DNA of 64,000 nt from Somniosus microcephalus (taxonomy: Eukaryota): the NCBI GenBank assembly GCA_052327205.1, contig CM126218.1, positions 58,776,001 through 58,840,000 of the forward strand, given 5' to 3'. The position numbers and the translations under genes were made by a program. The notes beneath the pieces are model-generated. The model had not been told where the DNA came from. It saw only the letters and a program-made list of their open reading frames with translations, and did not search any database. Position 1 is the first letter of the stretch, and every line of letters begins with the position of its first letter. Shown here piece by piece: positions 12,751 through 25,602 of this stretch.

Positions 12751-13365
12751 ATACACTGTCCACGTGAACGGATGTATAATTCACACTTGTGATTAATGGC
12801 TTTAAGCACATCCATCACATGCGTTTCCATCACCTCTTCAGACTTCAAATTAAAGCTTTCAAGGTGCTGGTGCTAGAAGATATCATTGAATGATGAAGTT
12901 CACGTCAAGGCCCTAATCAGGGTTCCAGTTAAAGACAACTACAACCAAATCCCTCAACCGTGACTCATTTACAGCCATGTGCCCACTCAGGAGGAGGCTA
13001 TCCAACCCAGCCTTGCACGGAGAGCTGGCAGAGGAATGTTGTATGAACATAACAGGTATTTGTACACTAATATCATCAACAATGATGGCTAGGTTCTGAT
13101 TCTGGCTGAAATTGGCAAACTCACCCTCTGGGAGAGTCGAGATTGGGATGCCAACCAATGGATGGTTCCAGAGTTTGGGTGTATTAAAGCCACTTGAAAA
13201 GTACTCTTCACCTTTTCAAAAATCAAACTTACAGGAGAATCACAGGTAAAATCCCATATAGCACAACAAATTAAAAGTAGAAACAATACTAAAAGCTGGC
13301 AAACCTTTTAATTCATTAGTATTAAATAACAGAAGTGCTATAAGAGTGACATGTACTTTCCTTAC

Positions 13366-13527
13366 CGTGGTTCATGGTAACTCTGGTAGGAGTAGTGTTG
13401 CAGCAAGTTCCATGTGATCCCATTGTCAGCAGAATAGTGCAGTAGAACCCCTTCTCCCGGCTGGTCTGGGGGCCTGCACGTGCTTAGTACATACTTGCTG
13501 CCTAGGCGAAGAGTGAATTGGAGGAAC
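13366..13527 (-). CDS. RELN: Reelin coding exon (approx. exon 19), 162 nt, [54 protein letters not shown]
   Basis: Manual translation with Asp-box SADNGITW; cag/gtaag boundaries. Confidence 0.96.
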
Positions 13528-13801
13528 CTGGAGAATAGTTAAGACTGTGAGGCAGGACATTTACTACCTTAAATAAACCCATCCTTAAAAGCCTACATTA
13601 AAATGTTCAGAAAGTCTTAACATTTTTGAACCTTGGATTTTCTTGATTGTGACACAAGTGGGTCCCGGCAGCTGCAAATAAAGACGCTAGGCCAACATGA
13701 GTTCCGAGTTCAATGATTTACTCGGCTATGTAACTCAATGTCGCAGTGGCAAACCACATCTCTCCCATCTCAGCACACAAGTACGCTCAACGTGCAATCA
13801 T

Positions 13802-14221
13802 ACGAGGAGCAGGTTGGGCCTGTACTCATTGGAGTTTAGAAGAATGAGAGGTGATCTTATTGAAACGTATAAGATTCTGAGGGGGCTCGACAGGGTAGAT
13901 GCAGAGAGGATGTTTCCCCTCGTGGGGGAATCTAGAACTAGGGGGCATAGTTTCAGAATAAGGGGGCACCCTTTTAAAATGGAGATGAGGAGGAATTTCT
14001 TCTGAGGGTCGTGAATCTTTGGAATTCTCTACCACAGAGAGCTGTGGAGGCTGGGTCATTGAACATATTTAAGGTGGAGATAGACAGATTTTTGAACGAT
14101 AAGGGAGTGAAGGGTTATGGGGAGTTGAGGCCAAGACCCGATCAGCCATGATCTTATTGAATGGCAGAGCAGGCTCAAGAGGCCAAATGGCCTACTCCTG
14201 CTCCTATTTCTTATGTTCTTA
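13802..14221 (+). mobile_element. CR1 3' fragment
   Basis: LGLYSLEFRRMRGDLIE...RNFF; TTCTTATG tail. Confidence 0.9.
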
Positions 14222-14554
14222 TCACAGTTCCCAGGGTAGAACTTGATGGGATAGTTCTGACCTATCTGATTCTAGCCAGAGCATCTCCAAAAATGGCTTC
14301 CCTTTCCGCTTCCCACGCTGTTACCTCTGGAGTCACCAAGGATCTAACCTTGCCCAGCTCTACCTCTCCACCACCTCCTTTGACCCTTCCACTGCCTCTG
14401 TGTTGTCAGACTACTTGTCCAGCATCCAGTCTTGGATGAGTGAAGATTTCCTCCAGTTAAACATTGGGAAGACCAAAGTCTTTGGCTACCACATCCTTTC
14501 CATGGATTCCAACCCCTCCCCGGCCACTGCCTAAGGTTGACCCCGACTAGTTAC

Positions 14555-15248
14555 AACATAGAAACATAGAAGATAGGAGCAGGAGTAGACCATTCGGCCC
14601 TTCGAGCCTGCTCCGCCATTCAATGAGATCATGGCTGATCATCCAAATTCAGTACCCTGTCCCTGCCTTCTCCCCATATCCCTTGATCCCTTTAGCCTCA
14701 AGAAACATATCCAACTCTTTCTTGAATATATTTAATGAACTGGCCTCCACCGCCCTCTGTGGCAGAGAATTCCACAGGTTCACCACTCTCTGGGTGAAAA
14801 AATTCCTCCTCATTTCTGTCCTAAATGGCTTACCCCTTATCCTTTGACTATGACCTCTGGTTCTGGACTCCCCGGCCATCAGAAACATCCTTTCTGCATC
14901 TAGTTTGTCCAGACCTGACAGAATTTTATAGGTTTCGATGAGATCCCCTCTCAATCTTCTAAACTCCAGTGAGTATAAGCCCAATCGACACAATCTCTCC
15001 TCGTACGTCATTCCTGCCATCCCAGGTATCAGCCTGGTGAATCTTCGCTGCACTCCCTCCATGGCAAGAACGTCCTTCCTCAGGTAAGGTGACCAAAACT
15101 GCACACAATACTCAAGGTGTGGTCTCACCAAGGCCCTGTATAACTGCAGCAAGACATCCTTGTTCCTGTACTCGAACCCTCTTGCTACGAAGGCCAACAT
15201 ACCATTTGCCTTCTTAACCGCCTGCTGCACCTGCATGCTTACCTTCAG
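14555..15248 (-). mobile_element. CR1 3' fragment
   Basis: ORF 14649..15281; TTCTATGT tail. Confidence 0.93.
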
Positions 15249-16544
15249 TAATATTCTGCAATGTACCTTACCCGATACCATTTATTATTTCATATATATC
15301 CCCTTAACCTTGACTGCTTTCTTTCTAGACTGCACAGCTTGAGCTTCTCTAATCGGTTCTCATAGGTCATCCTCTTTCTATTTGGATCAGTATTGCTGCT
15401 CTCCGTTGTACCTTCTCCAATACCTGTATATGTTTTTTATGGCATGATGATTAGACTTAAACACAGTATTGCAAGCGTGGTATGATCAGTGCATTGTAAG
15501 AGCTGAACATAAGCTCAGATACTTGTACTTATCTGTGCTGGTTATCTGGGATGGGCGAAATAGGGATAAAATTGACAACAAAGAGAGAGTTTCTGACAGG
15601 TGGGAAGCCATCCTTGCGTCCACTGGTATAGGTTGTTTTGGACTCGAATATCCGCTCAGGCTAGAGTTAAAATTTCAGTTGGGGTCCGTTGGTGTCATTG
15701 GATCCCAGTCTGCATATTTAAAGAAGGATTCCGACAGCTTCGGGTGGGTGACTTTGCCACCAGCTTAAAAGAGCAGGAAATCGATAGGCAAGTCTCCTGA
15801 GGTATTTTAACTGCCCACCCACCTGGTTTCCGTCGGGCAGGTAGGGCTAAAATTGCCCCCCTTTACGCGGTGAAACTCTACCACAGATTCAAACTAGCCT
15901 GGACCCTCTGCTGCCTTTGGACTGTAGACTGGCTAGTCGGGCTCAGATAACGGCAGATAAAAGTCCCAATCTGAGTCTTCTGGCCACAGAGCTGCCAACT
16001 GAACAAGTACAGCTAACCATTGATCTTGCCCCTTCTCGCAGTTGTCAATCAAAATCACCCCCCCTCCCTCCCCCCCCTCGGGTGACTTGCTTCTTTGATC
16101 TGTGCCAGGTACTTGACAAACTTGTTTCAAGATCCTGTTGTTATGTCAGAACAGAAGAAATTAATAAACTGGAGCTTTAAAAAGATACACAGGATATTGA
16201 CCCTTCGATTGAATTGCTGTTGTAACAATCCAATTGTCAACAGATTGATATCAATGACTACATTCAATCAGCATTGGCGTAGTAATCTCTCCTGTCAGAA
16301 ACCAAAACTCAAACATACATTAATTGACTTCTGGCCTGCCAGACCAAAACCTGTACCCCTGTACCTTGTAGAAAGAGCTAACAGAAATTAGCATTAACCC
16401 CGTGTATGCTGTAGCCATCAATGGAGAATCCAAAATAATCAAAACAAATAAAAAATGCTTCATTTTTGTCACAGCTCTTAAACATCGATTATCCTGGCAA
16501 TAACAAGGTCAATGATTGTGGCGACTCTTCAGCGCTGTAGTGCT

Positions 16545-16773
16545 TGACATAAGAAAATTACTAGGCACTTGGTCTAAGCTTTAAACAAAGCTTTAATCAA
16601 CTGTTTTACAACATGGAGGTCTAGTTGTGTCCTTCACTAGTTCCTGTTGAAGAATGTTCCGAGCAAGCTGGGCCCATGCCCGAGTATTTATACTCTCCCT
16701 GGACAGCGCCACCAGCAGGCCGCCCAGTATTATTTCATAAGTAATTTCCACATGAATGACAAGATTCATGTCA
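16545..16773 (-). mobile_element. Solo LTR, copy 1 (229 bp)
   Basis: TGACA...GTCA termini; internal TATAAA and ATTAAA; 5-bp TSD GTGCT/GTACT; near-identical inverted copy at 18582-18810. Confidence 0.8.
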
Positions 16774-18183
16774 GTACTCAGAACCGATTTTTAGTCCACA
16801 GCAATTTTGCAGCATTGAGAAAACAGGTGGTAAGCAAGGGTTAAACTGCACTCCGCACTGCTGATCAGTAAGGCTCCGAGTGTTAGGCTTGACGCCAAAC
16901 AGCAGTTCCCAGACTTTGGTTCACTGCTATTACAATGAAGAGGTTTTACATCAGTCGTGTTCTTGGGATAATTCTGAACAGATTAGAACAGACTGCTCTA
17001 CAAATAATGTTGAAAACTTGTGCATAAAATGATAAAGTTCCATTTTCCAGCACGAACACAGCTCACTTCCATAAGCATAAAAGTTCACTTAAAAGTCTTT
17101 AAGCTATATAAGAGAGCCAAGGTTGACTTAGCCATCTGATCAGGAAAAGCAATTGTCCACTGACCATATTTCAGAGAAGAGCTCGTTCCTTCAGCAGCGC
17201 TTTTAAAACTTCAATTGCGAAAATTTGACAGGTCGTCACCATTGTACATTATGGAGATAATCTGATGGACGTACGGGTTTGACACACTCCTCATTGAAAT
17301 TTCTCCTGCAGCCTCTATGATTACATGTAGAGTTATCAGCTTCCTGATCACAATATGGATTATACCTTAAAGTAAAGTGACAGCATTCACTTTGATGATA
17401 CTCATACTGTTTCAAGTTCCTTATTGTTTTTGTCCTTCTTCTATTCTGAGTACCCCATAGCTGTTGCCAAGTATCAACAAAAAAAATGAAAATAGCTATG
17501 AAGATACTCAGAGCAGGAGAGACAGGGATCAGAGGACCTGAAATGGACATCCTACCATCAGTATGAGCATCATCAAGGAGAATTTCATCCATTGACGTCA
17601 GGCAGAGAGGGTGGAGATTTAGAAGGTAAAGAAGCTCTCTCACATTGTACGTGCCGCATTCTCTGAACAAAGTGTCTGTTGTTGACTGATCCCGAGACCT
17701 CGTAGTTCTCTGTTTCTTGAGCAGGAGCTCCTTCTGGAGTAATTATATCACGCACATTACAGTAAACCTAATTGCTGGTTCCCCATAGCCTAGGAATGTG
17801 TCATGTGTGGATGGTATTAGTTCAGCTGCATAAGTCTCTAATGCTCCTTTTGGCTGAAATCACTTAGTATTTATGAGTCTTTGGAAATAACCCATGCATT
17901 GGTTCCTACCAGATACATCACTCAGCTACTCAATAGATTTACTACAGTCATGTACCACATCTGGTGGCAGAAAGATCAATATGATGCCACATATTCACAA
18001 ACTATAAAACGTAGTTAAGTCAATTCATCTCAGATATGAGCATGCCATGCCTTAATTCCCTGTTCTCATCAGTGTGACACCCTGGATTGGAAGTAATTGG
18101 TTGCTGCTATATCGTTTTGTTTTTGAATGATTTTACCACCCTTATGCTGTAATTTGTAGTTTATAACGGGCAACACTTTAAAG

Positions 18184-18515
18184 TAGGGGTGTTTAACTTG
18201 TAGCCCTCGGGCCTCGTATCCTGCAGCCCAGCCTTCATGACCAGGACAATTCAGATCTATTTGCGCCGATATATTTCTTATTTGCTGGTTTGACTGCTTG
18301 AATTTTGTGGGCTTGAAGATTTGGAAATAGCTGATTTGAACTCTGCTGCCTACTGGTGGATAAATCCTAAATCAGGACACCAGGATCTGATAGTACTGTA
18401 TTAGCAACTTGAGATGTATGCAGTTTAATGGGAACATTGATTTAACTACGTGGTCCCCAAGGCGCCACAGTTTGCACCATTACGGTGCACCGAGACAAAA
18501 GCTTGGACACCCCCG
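18184..18515. mobile_element. hAT (Charlie-like) MITE, 332 bp
   Basis: Imperfect TIR (T/C)(A/G)GGGGTGT(T/C)(T/C)AA; perfect 8-bp TSD CTTTAAAG (18176-18183 and 18516-18523). Confidence 0.85.
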
Positions 18516-18581
18516 CTTTAAAGCTATTTTTCACGTATTCTGTAAGGTTTAACCGGTTCTACTTAACTTTAGCGCAAACAT

Positions 18582-18810
18582 TGACATGAATCTTGTCATT
18601 CATGTGGAAATGACTTATGAAGTAATACTGGGCGGCCTGCTGGTGGCGCTGTCCAGGGAGAGTATAAATACTCGGGCATGGGCCCAGCTTGCTCAGGACA
18701 TTCTTTAACAGGAACTAGTGAAGGACACAACTAGATCTCCATGTTGAAAACCAGTTGATTAAAGCCTTGTTTAATACTCAGACCAAGTGCCTAGTAGTTT
18801 TCTTACGTCA
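18582..18810 (+). mobile_element. Solo LTR, copy 2 (229 bp)
   Basis: TG...CA termini; AGTATAAA TATA box; ATTAAA; perfect 5-bp TSD AACAT. Confidence 0.85.
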
Positions 18811-19427
18811 AACATTTTATTCTCTCACCTACAAAACACCTGCAAAGAAAACCTTTGATCATAGGTAGAAAATGTTGAAGTGAAGGGAGGCCACTGAACA
18901 GGAACCCCGTTTCCATTATCAGAGCAACACTCAATACTGCTCAACTAAAGTAAATTGACTTGCACTTTACAGAATTTTAATCTGGCCTTTTCTTTCTCTC
19001 TTAGTGAAGTGAGCAACATTTATCTTAACATTATATTGACAGACTATTCAATAAGGAAACCATTTTCTGTTTTTAAACAAGTACTGAACAATGCTTGTGG
19101 TGTTAAAATTTCGGATTAGACTAAAGCAGTTAGCTTGACCCACTATCTTCCCGGTTTACAGCAAGCTCATAAAGTAGGCTTTAAAGATTGTGCAGTGTTT
19201 ACCACACTGTTGCAGTGTCTCCCAGTTGTTGACAATAAATGGGGATTGTATCCCAAAGGAATTCAATGTCTGAGGAGATTGACCTCTGCAGACAATCTTG
19301 TTCTTTCTCTATAAAGAATTCTGCGGACAGTGATACAAACAATATTGCTCACAGAGTAAAAGCACAACATCTGTATGAACCCCAGCAGCCATTTTTAATT
19401 CATATTAAATACTTTCTTGCCATTTAC

Positions 19428-19661
19428 CTGGCTAGAGTACTGTCAAGGAAAGAAGTAATGAGCTCTCGCCTTCCCTCTTTGTTAAATACTAGAGCCTTGC
19501 CACTTGAGAGGACGCCACAACCAAAGCCAAGTTCTGCACCACGGATTGAGTGGAAGTTGTGGTAGGAGGAGAGCCGGGAACTACTAAAACTTTCTGAAAT
19601 TATGGTAGGAAATGTTTGTGAAGCCATGTCACATCCAGGCCCCGAAAATCCTGGGTCACAT
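19428..19661 (-). CDS. RELN: Reelin coding exon (approx. exon 18), 234 nt, [18 protein letters not shown]...[11 protein letters not shown]
   Basis: ORF 19424..19693; cag/gtaaa boundaries; symmetric phase 2-2. Confidence 0.96.
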
Positions 19662-20842
19662 CTGAAAGCAAATAGAAAAGCGGAGAGATTCACATCAAAA
19701 AGCTGATAGAAAACATAACTGGGGCATAAATCTTTTACAGTATATTGTCATTATTTGATGTAACATTTGAAGTAATTGATGATCGATGTGGTTAATGAAG
19801 CTGGAGTAACAAGCATTCCCAATAGAAGCATCGTGCACAGGACAGTGCCAGGCTTCCTTTGATTTATTGCAGTCCCAACATCAGAGATTGTGCTGTCAGT
19901 TGATTCAGGTCTCTTAAATCTGAAGCTTTTGAATTAGGAATTAACAGAAGCAGCTTTGTGCTGTGCTCTCTATAGACTAGATTGAGATTTGTAAGAATTG
20001 GTAAGGCACAGAAAATATTGATGATCTTGTTTTGAAACACATAAACATAGGGCACTCTAGGAAAAGGCCATTTGGCCTCTTTTGGTGGATCACATTTCCA
20101 CTTTCCTGTATCCCTGGGCTCCTTCGTTCTACAGAAACTTATACACCTACCTCCTGAGCTGTGGTATTTTATTTGCTTCAATGCCCTTCCAGGTTAACTT
20201 ATTCCAAATGTTTATTCCCCTTTGTGGAAGCTAGTTTTTCCTATATTCCCTATTCACTCCTATTTTTTTTAAAATGACGGCTTGTGCTTTATATAATTGT
20301 GTATTCATCAGCCCATGATTTTCCACCCATTAAAGTGAATGGGTATGTCTGCTAGTAATTGGAGATCCAGATTAATAGCAAGAATTTATTTAGATCTGCC
20401 TTGTCAGTACCTTTCATAATTTTGAAAACTTCTATTAGCTCACCTCAAAATCTCCTCTTTTCCAATCAGAACAAGCCCAGCTTTAATCTTTGCTTATATT
20501 GTTCTGGGAACATTGGGCTTTTTTGCTTTTTCAGATGTAGTAATGGGGGGATATTTATCTTGGATTACTAGCGTCAGCAGCAAAGCTGGTGCAAATATAA
20601 ATAGGGAAACTTTTTTTGTTTATATGAGTGATTCGAAGAAAGCATACCCAAAGATCCTTTCTATGAAAAGATGATCAGTGCTACACACTGGGGATGGAGT
20701 CTATCTACTGCCTTGATATTTATTTTGTTCCTCTTCTAATATAACACACTGCCTGTTTTTTTCCCCACTGCTGTCATACACTGTGCTGATGGCTGCAGTG
20801 AATCTTTTGACTGTAACTCTCAATTCCCTTTCCTGATTAGTG

Positions 20843-21497
20843 CATAAGAACATAAGAAATAGGAGCAGGAATAGGCCACTTGGACCCTCGAGCCTGCTCC
20901 GCCATTCAATAAAATCATGGCTGATCTTGGGCTCAAAGCCACTTCCCTGCCCGCTCCCCATAACCCTACACTCCCTTATCTTGCAAAAATCTGTCTATCT
21001 CCACCTTAAATGTATTTAATGACCCAGCCTCCACGGCTCTCTGGGGCAGAGAATTCCACAGATTTATGACCCTGAGAGAAAAAATTCCTCCTCATCTCAG
21101 TTCTAAAAGGGCGACCCTTTATTCTGAAACTATGCCCCCGAGTTCTAGATTTCCCCACGAGGGGAAACATCCTCTCTGCATCTACCTTGTCGAGCCACCT
21201 CAGTATCTTATATGTTTCAATAAGATCACCTCTCATTCTTCTAAATTCCAATGAGTATAGGCCCAACCTGCTCAACCTTTCCTCATAAGTCAACCCCCCC
21301 ATCTCTGGAATTAACCTAGTGAATTGTCTCTGAACTGCCTCCAATGAAAGTACTGTATATCCTTCCTTAAATAAGGAGACCAAAACTGTACACAGTACTC
21401 CAGGTGTGGTCTCACAAATACCCTGTACAGTTGTAGCAGGACTTCCCTGCTTTTATACTCCAACCCCCTTGCAATAAAGGCCAACATTCCATTTGCT
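20843..21497 (-). mobile_element. CR1 3' fragment
   Basis: ORFs 21006..21383 and 21311..21538; very similar to 1497-2650. Confidence 0.93.
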
Positions 21498-22169
21498 GTC
21501 CGATTGCTGTATTTCAAAAATTGGGGCTCAAAATACATGGATCTGACATCCCAGCGTAAGTGCCGGGATGTGCCTGCTGGGAACCTCTGCCATGGACCCT
21601 GCTGGACCTTCCAGGACCAGGGGGAGGTTCCCTAATCAGCATATAATTAGCAGGTACCTACGCATCTCAGGCACCTGCCTGAAGATGATTGCAGGAAATG
21701 TTGCACTTGCTAGCTGTTCACCAACCCACCAGCACCACTGGCACAAAAGAGGGCAAAGGTCATCCCCCATCACCTCTCTTTACAGTTGTCCAAAGTCTTC
21801 AAAAACACAGGTCAAGTCCCAGGCCTTGAGCCCCCAGGTGGGTTCTACTTCGCCAGACCAGTATGCCTCCTTACATCTGGCATACACCTTGGATCCCTGG
21901 CCAGGGCCAAGGAAACTCCTGGGCTCAGAGGCTCCTCCCTCCTATCCACGCCCCTCTGATGTGGATGGCCTTATTTAGGCAAGACAGAGGTTCACCCTCA
22001 AACAAGGCCCCGTGAATACAAGTACACTATATTGCAGGCCAGGATCCGTGTTTCCAGGTTCTGGCCTAATTCGTAGGCCTTCCATCCAGATTATAGTAGA
22101 ACTGTGTGGCTGGTGCTATAGTCTCTGTTTTGGCTCCTTGCTCCCATGCTAATTATTTCACATTTAAAA

Positions 22170-22410
22170 AAAGATCATTCTTGGGATGTATGCGTCGCTG
22201 TCAAGCCCTAGTTACCCTGAGAAAGTGGTGCTGGGCCTTCCTCTTGAATGGCTGGCGGTTCTTGCTCGGCCATTTTAGAGGGCAGATCAGAGTCAACCAC
22301 ATTGATGTGTGACTGGAGTCACATATAGGCCAGACCGGGTAAGGATGGCAGGTTTCCTTTCCGAAAGGACATTCATGAACCAGATGGGTTTTTATGATAA
22401 TCCGGCATTT
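22170..22410 (-). mobile_element. SINE fragment with a MetaSINE-like central domain
   Basis: GGTTCATGAATGTCCTTTCGGAAAGGAAACCTGCCATCCTTACCCGGTCTGGCCTATATGTGACTCCAG; 3' part shared with 49545-49640; family name from recall. Confidence 0.5.
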
Positions 22411-23155
22411 TATTTCTGGCTCAGTTTCCGAATTGATCTAAATCGTTTTCAATCTGATTGTAATAGTCCTCATTATTTGCTCTGCCTCTAACTTTAGTAT
22501 CTGGAAACTTGGAGATCTTGCTTTTGCTACCTTACGTCAGTCATATATATGTATTTCTATATAAAAGTAAAGAGCAATCCCTGGGGCACCCCACTTATAA
22601 CCACTGTTCAATTTGAAAAGTTTCCATTTGTAGCTACCCTCTGTTTCTTGTCTAGAGCCATATTTCCTATTCCATGAGTATTGATCTCAGTCAGTAAATT
22701 CTGATGCTGACCCTTAGTAAATGTTTTTTTTGAAAATAAGCAGCTATTGGATTTTCCTCATCTAACCTGACCATGATAACTTTAGAAAAACTTTGAGATA
22801 AATTCATCTTCCTGAATTGGTTTAAATTAGTTTTGACATCAGGAGCTATGAAAAGTGACTGAAATTAGGCAGTCATTTCTCCAGTTCGTGCCAAATGTGT
22901 TAGAAGTCAGTCTGATCAACTGAAATGGTTACCGTGACAATGCTATCAAGACCTCCAGAGCTTGCTAGTATTTTGCTGAGCAGCAGGGATGAGCAAGAGA
23001 TATTAAGAAGCAAAATTTTCAAACTGCATTTACTGCCATGCAAAGTTAAGATCACAATATGCTCTTTACAAATATAGCACAACATGTATAGTGGAAATCA
23101 TCCCCCCATGTCTCCACAGAAAATATCTAGGACAAGTGTTTCATCAAACATGATA

Positions 23156-23937
23156 GGGGCGATTTTGTCAATTGGCGTTGGAGGCAGGACTGCTGCTTGT
23201 CGGGTTTTAGTCCCGCCTCCATTGACTTTTGGCCAACCCACGCTATTTTCCCTTGATTGATCTTGTTAAGCCCACCCTGCGGGCTTAGCAGGCCAATTAA
23301 GGGAAAGCCGGTTACAGAGAACGTCAGCGTATGAAGCTGTCAAACACTGACATTCTCTGTTGTTTGATGAGTCCTTGTATTCAAGACTCATCAAACCTCT
23401 TTTGTGAGCAGAAATTAGATGGTTGTTGCATCACAGAATGCAGCAGCCATCTGTCATCTCTGCCGCTGAGATGCGAGACTCTCCGCATCCCCAACTGTTG
23501 AAGCCTGCAGGAAGAAACAAAGGTAAGTAAACATTTTCTATCACTTTCCACTCACCTCACATACTTATCTCTCCACACTTGCACCCATCACTTACCTTCA
23601 CAGTGCGCTTTTGTACCCCTCCAACCCCCGCAGACCCACTGCTCGCCTCGGTGACCCTGGCGGGGTTTCCAGACATCCAGAGCCTCTATTGGAAAAATGG
23701 GGATAATCCTCTTAACTGCCTGTTAACTACCTGTTAACAGGTAACAGGTAGTTAAGTGGCTGTAATCCCCTTCCCGCCTCTAGGAGACAGGACCCAGCGC
23801 CGGTCGGCTACCCGCCTCCTGGGAAGATGGCACAGAGGCGGGTTGGGGGCGGGATGGGTACCCGCCCCCAGATTCTGCCATTTTCCCAGCAGTCCTGCCT
23901 CCAAACCCGCCTCCCCAGGGCTGGCACGATCGCGCCC
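23156..23937. mobile_element. Older Harbinger-type MITE
   Basis: Imperfect GGG(C)GCGAT termini plus an 18-bp perfect subterminal inverted repeat TTGGAGGCAGGACTGCTG / CAGCAGTCCTGCCTCCAA. Confidence 0.65.
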
Positions 23938-24388
23938 TATGTGTGCTTTACAGTTATTATGACGTCTTGTATCTTGATTTATTTGTGTGAGCAGATTACA
24001 TGGCAAATATATTGTCACACACTTCTGTCACATACTCATTAGCAAAAAAATAGCTCAGTCAGTTGTTTCAACAGTTGCTTTACCATTTAAGCTTACTGAA
24101 CTGTGGGTTGTGACATTATCCAAGATGGTTAGTATTAATCTGCATCATACAAGAGATTATCGACAGGAAGTTTACTTAAAGCCCACTGTGCTGGGTTGGT
24201 AGACAGGTCCCAGTTAAATAAACAATTCTGTTTTCTTGTACATGTCATGTGGGTGAGAGATTGGGGAAACTGAGGCAAGATTAATTACCAAAGGAATGTC
24301 AGTAAGAATGTTTTAATTTGTTGGCGATATCACAAAGTCCAGTTTCTATTCAGATGAAATACTAAAGAATAATGAGGTTTCGTCTTAC

Positions 24389-24455
24389 TTGCATCCGTTA
24401 GTGGTACATCGACCTCGACCAGAGCACAGTTTATAGCACGCAGGGCCAATGTAGA
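24389..24455 (-). CDS. RELN: Reelin coding exon (approx. exon 17), 67 nt, [23 protein letters not shown] (EGF-like motif)
   Basis: Manual translation; cag/gtaag boundaries. Confidence 0.94.
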
Positions 24456-24779
24456 CTGCAGGAGGAATAAAACATACCAAATGATCAGACTCTTGGAATG
24501 TCAGCCTGGACTAAAGTTAGTTCACAAGATTGGCAAAGTGAATGAACTTACTGCATTGGGAAAACATGATACATTGAGGAAAAGTTGCCATGAATAAATG
24601 GGATACTTTGTATTGTCCTCATACTGACTGTTTTGCTAAAATTATCAACAGGAGGAATTTATCAATGGAAGAGTGAGCAATGATATGGTTGGTGCCAATC
24701 ATATCTGCAATATTACTTTTTTCTATGTCAATGAATTTTTCACTCTAATTTTTTTTACCTTTGATTTTCTCCAGTTACC

Positions 24780-25175
24780 CCTCCCCCACTGATGGGGTCA
24801 ACTAATTTGTGTTAAGAGTTTCACAGGCAGCATTGGCTCGCTACTGCTTCACACTGGTGGCCACTGTTTGAGCCTGAACAGTGATTGTTGGTGGGCTGAT
24901 AGACCATGTGCGGGGCACGAAACCTGAGCCCAGTGCTGTCCAAATCTAAAGTCTATGCACATGGGCTTCAGGGAGGAGCTGCTGGATTGTGGCCAGCAAT
25001 GAGAACCATGGTCAGTCCTTTCCCAGCCCAGGCAAACTGAGGCCAATTCTTGCACAATTATTCTTACATGCTCTTACCCTGACTGAGTTTGTCTAGGGAT
25101 CAAAATGTGGGGCCCTCCTGGTATGTACGGCTGAGACTCACACATGGGGGTGCATTTACCCAGTGAGCCATTGGG
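24780..25175 (-). mobile_element. Old tRNA-derived SINE-like element (related copies near 8755-9010 and 52940-53260)
   Basis: TGGCTCACTGGG A-box-like head; partial similarity between the copies. Confidence 0.45.
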
Positions 25176-25492
25176 AGATACCATTTTCTTTATTTTTTTT
25201 TTAAATCATAGTTTTAATAAAATATGGCACCAGTTTAAAATAAACAACTCATTGTAAAAGTTTGCTGTGACATACAGCAGCATAGCAGTAGGGCTTCAGA
25301 GTGGGCTGTCGACCTGCTGTTAGCTACTGTTTGTAGTGATGGAGTTGTTTAGGTAGCCCAATCAAATAGATAAGGAAATCAGGTAAACCAAATGAAATAT
25401 GCAAGGAAATAAGTGGCTGAACACAACATGCTCACTTGGAATCGTGCTGATTTTTTGCACGGTTTTAATTTCAAAAACGCAACGATACTAAC

Positions 25493-25602
25493 CATTGTCA
25501 ATTGCCCACATATTTCCTGTGACTGGACCCATCTGGCTCCAGCGAAACCTGGTACCAGTGGTGAGTGCTGCGTATGGTAGAGGAATGGTTATACGACTCC
25601 AC
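25493..25602 (-). CDS. RELN: Reelin coding exon (approx. exon 16), 110 nt, [36 protein letters not shown]
   Basis: Manual translation; cag/gttag boundaries. Confidence 0.95.

Noticed and set aside
15660-15862. Further Harbinger-like MITE remnants (also near 12172, 25670-26270, 41886-42260, 50010-50300 and 53560-53720)
   Set aside because: Only one terminus or very decayed TIRs are visible and no TSD pair could be verified, so they are not listed as features.
17236-17750. 144-aa ORF as a novel gene between the LTRs
   Set aside because: No convincing domain or splice structure; it more likely reflects a decayed LINE ORF1 remnant, and I could not confirm even that.
16545-18810. One composite element with 229-bp terminal inverted repeats, or a full LTR retrotransposon
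   Set aside because: Each unit has its own 5-bp TSD and they are inverted; the interior has no gag/pol and includes an unrelated hAT MITE.
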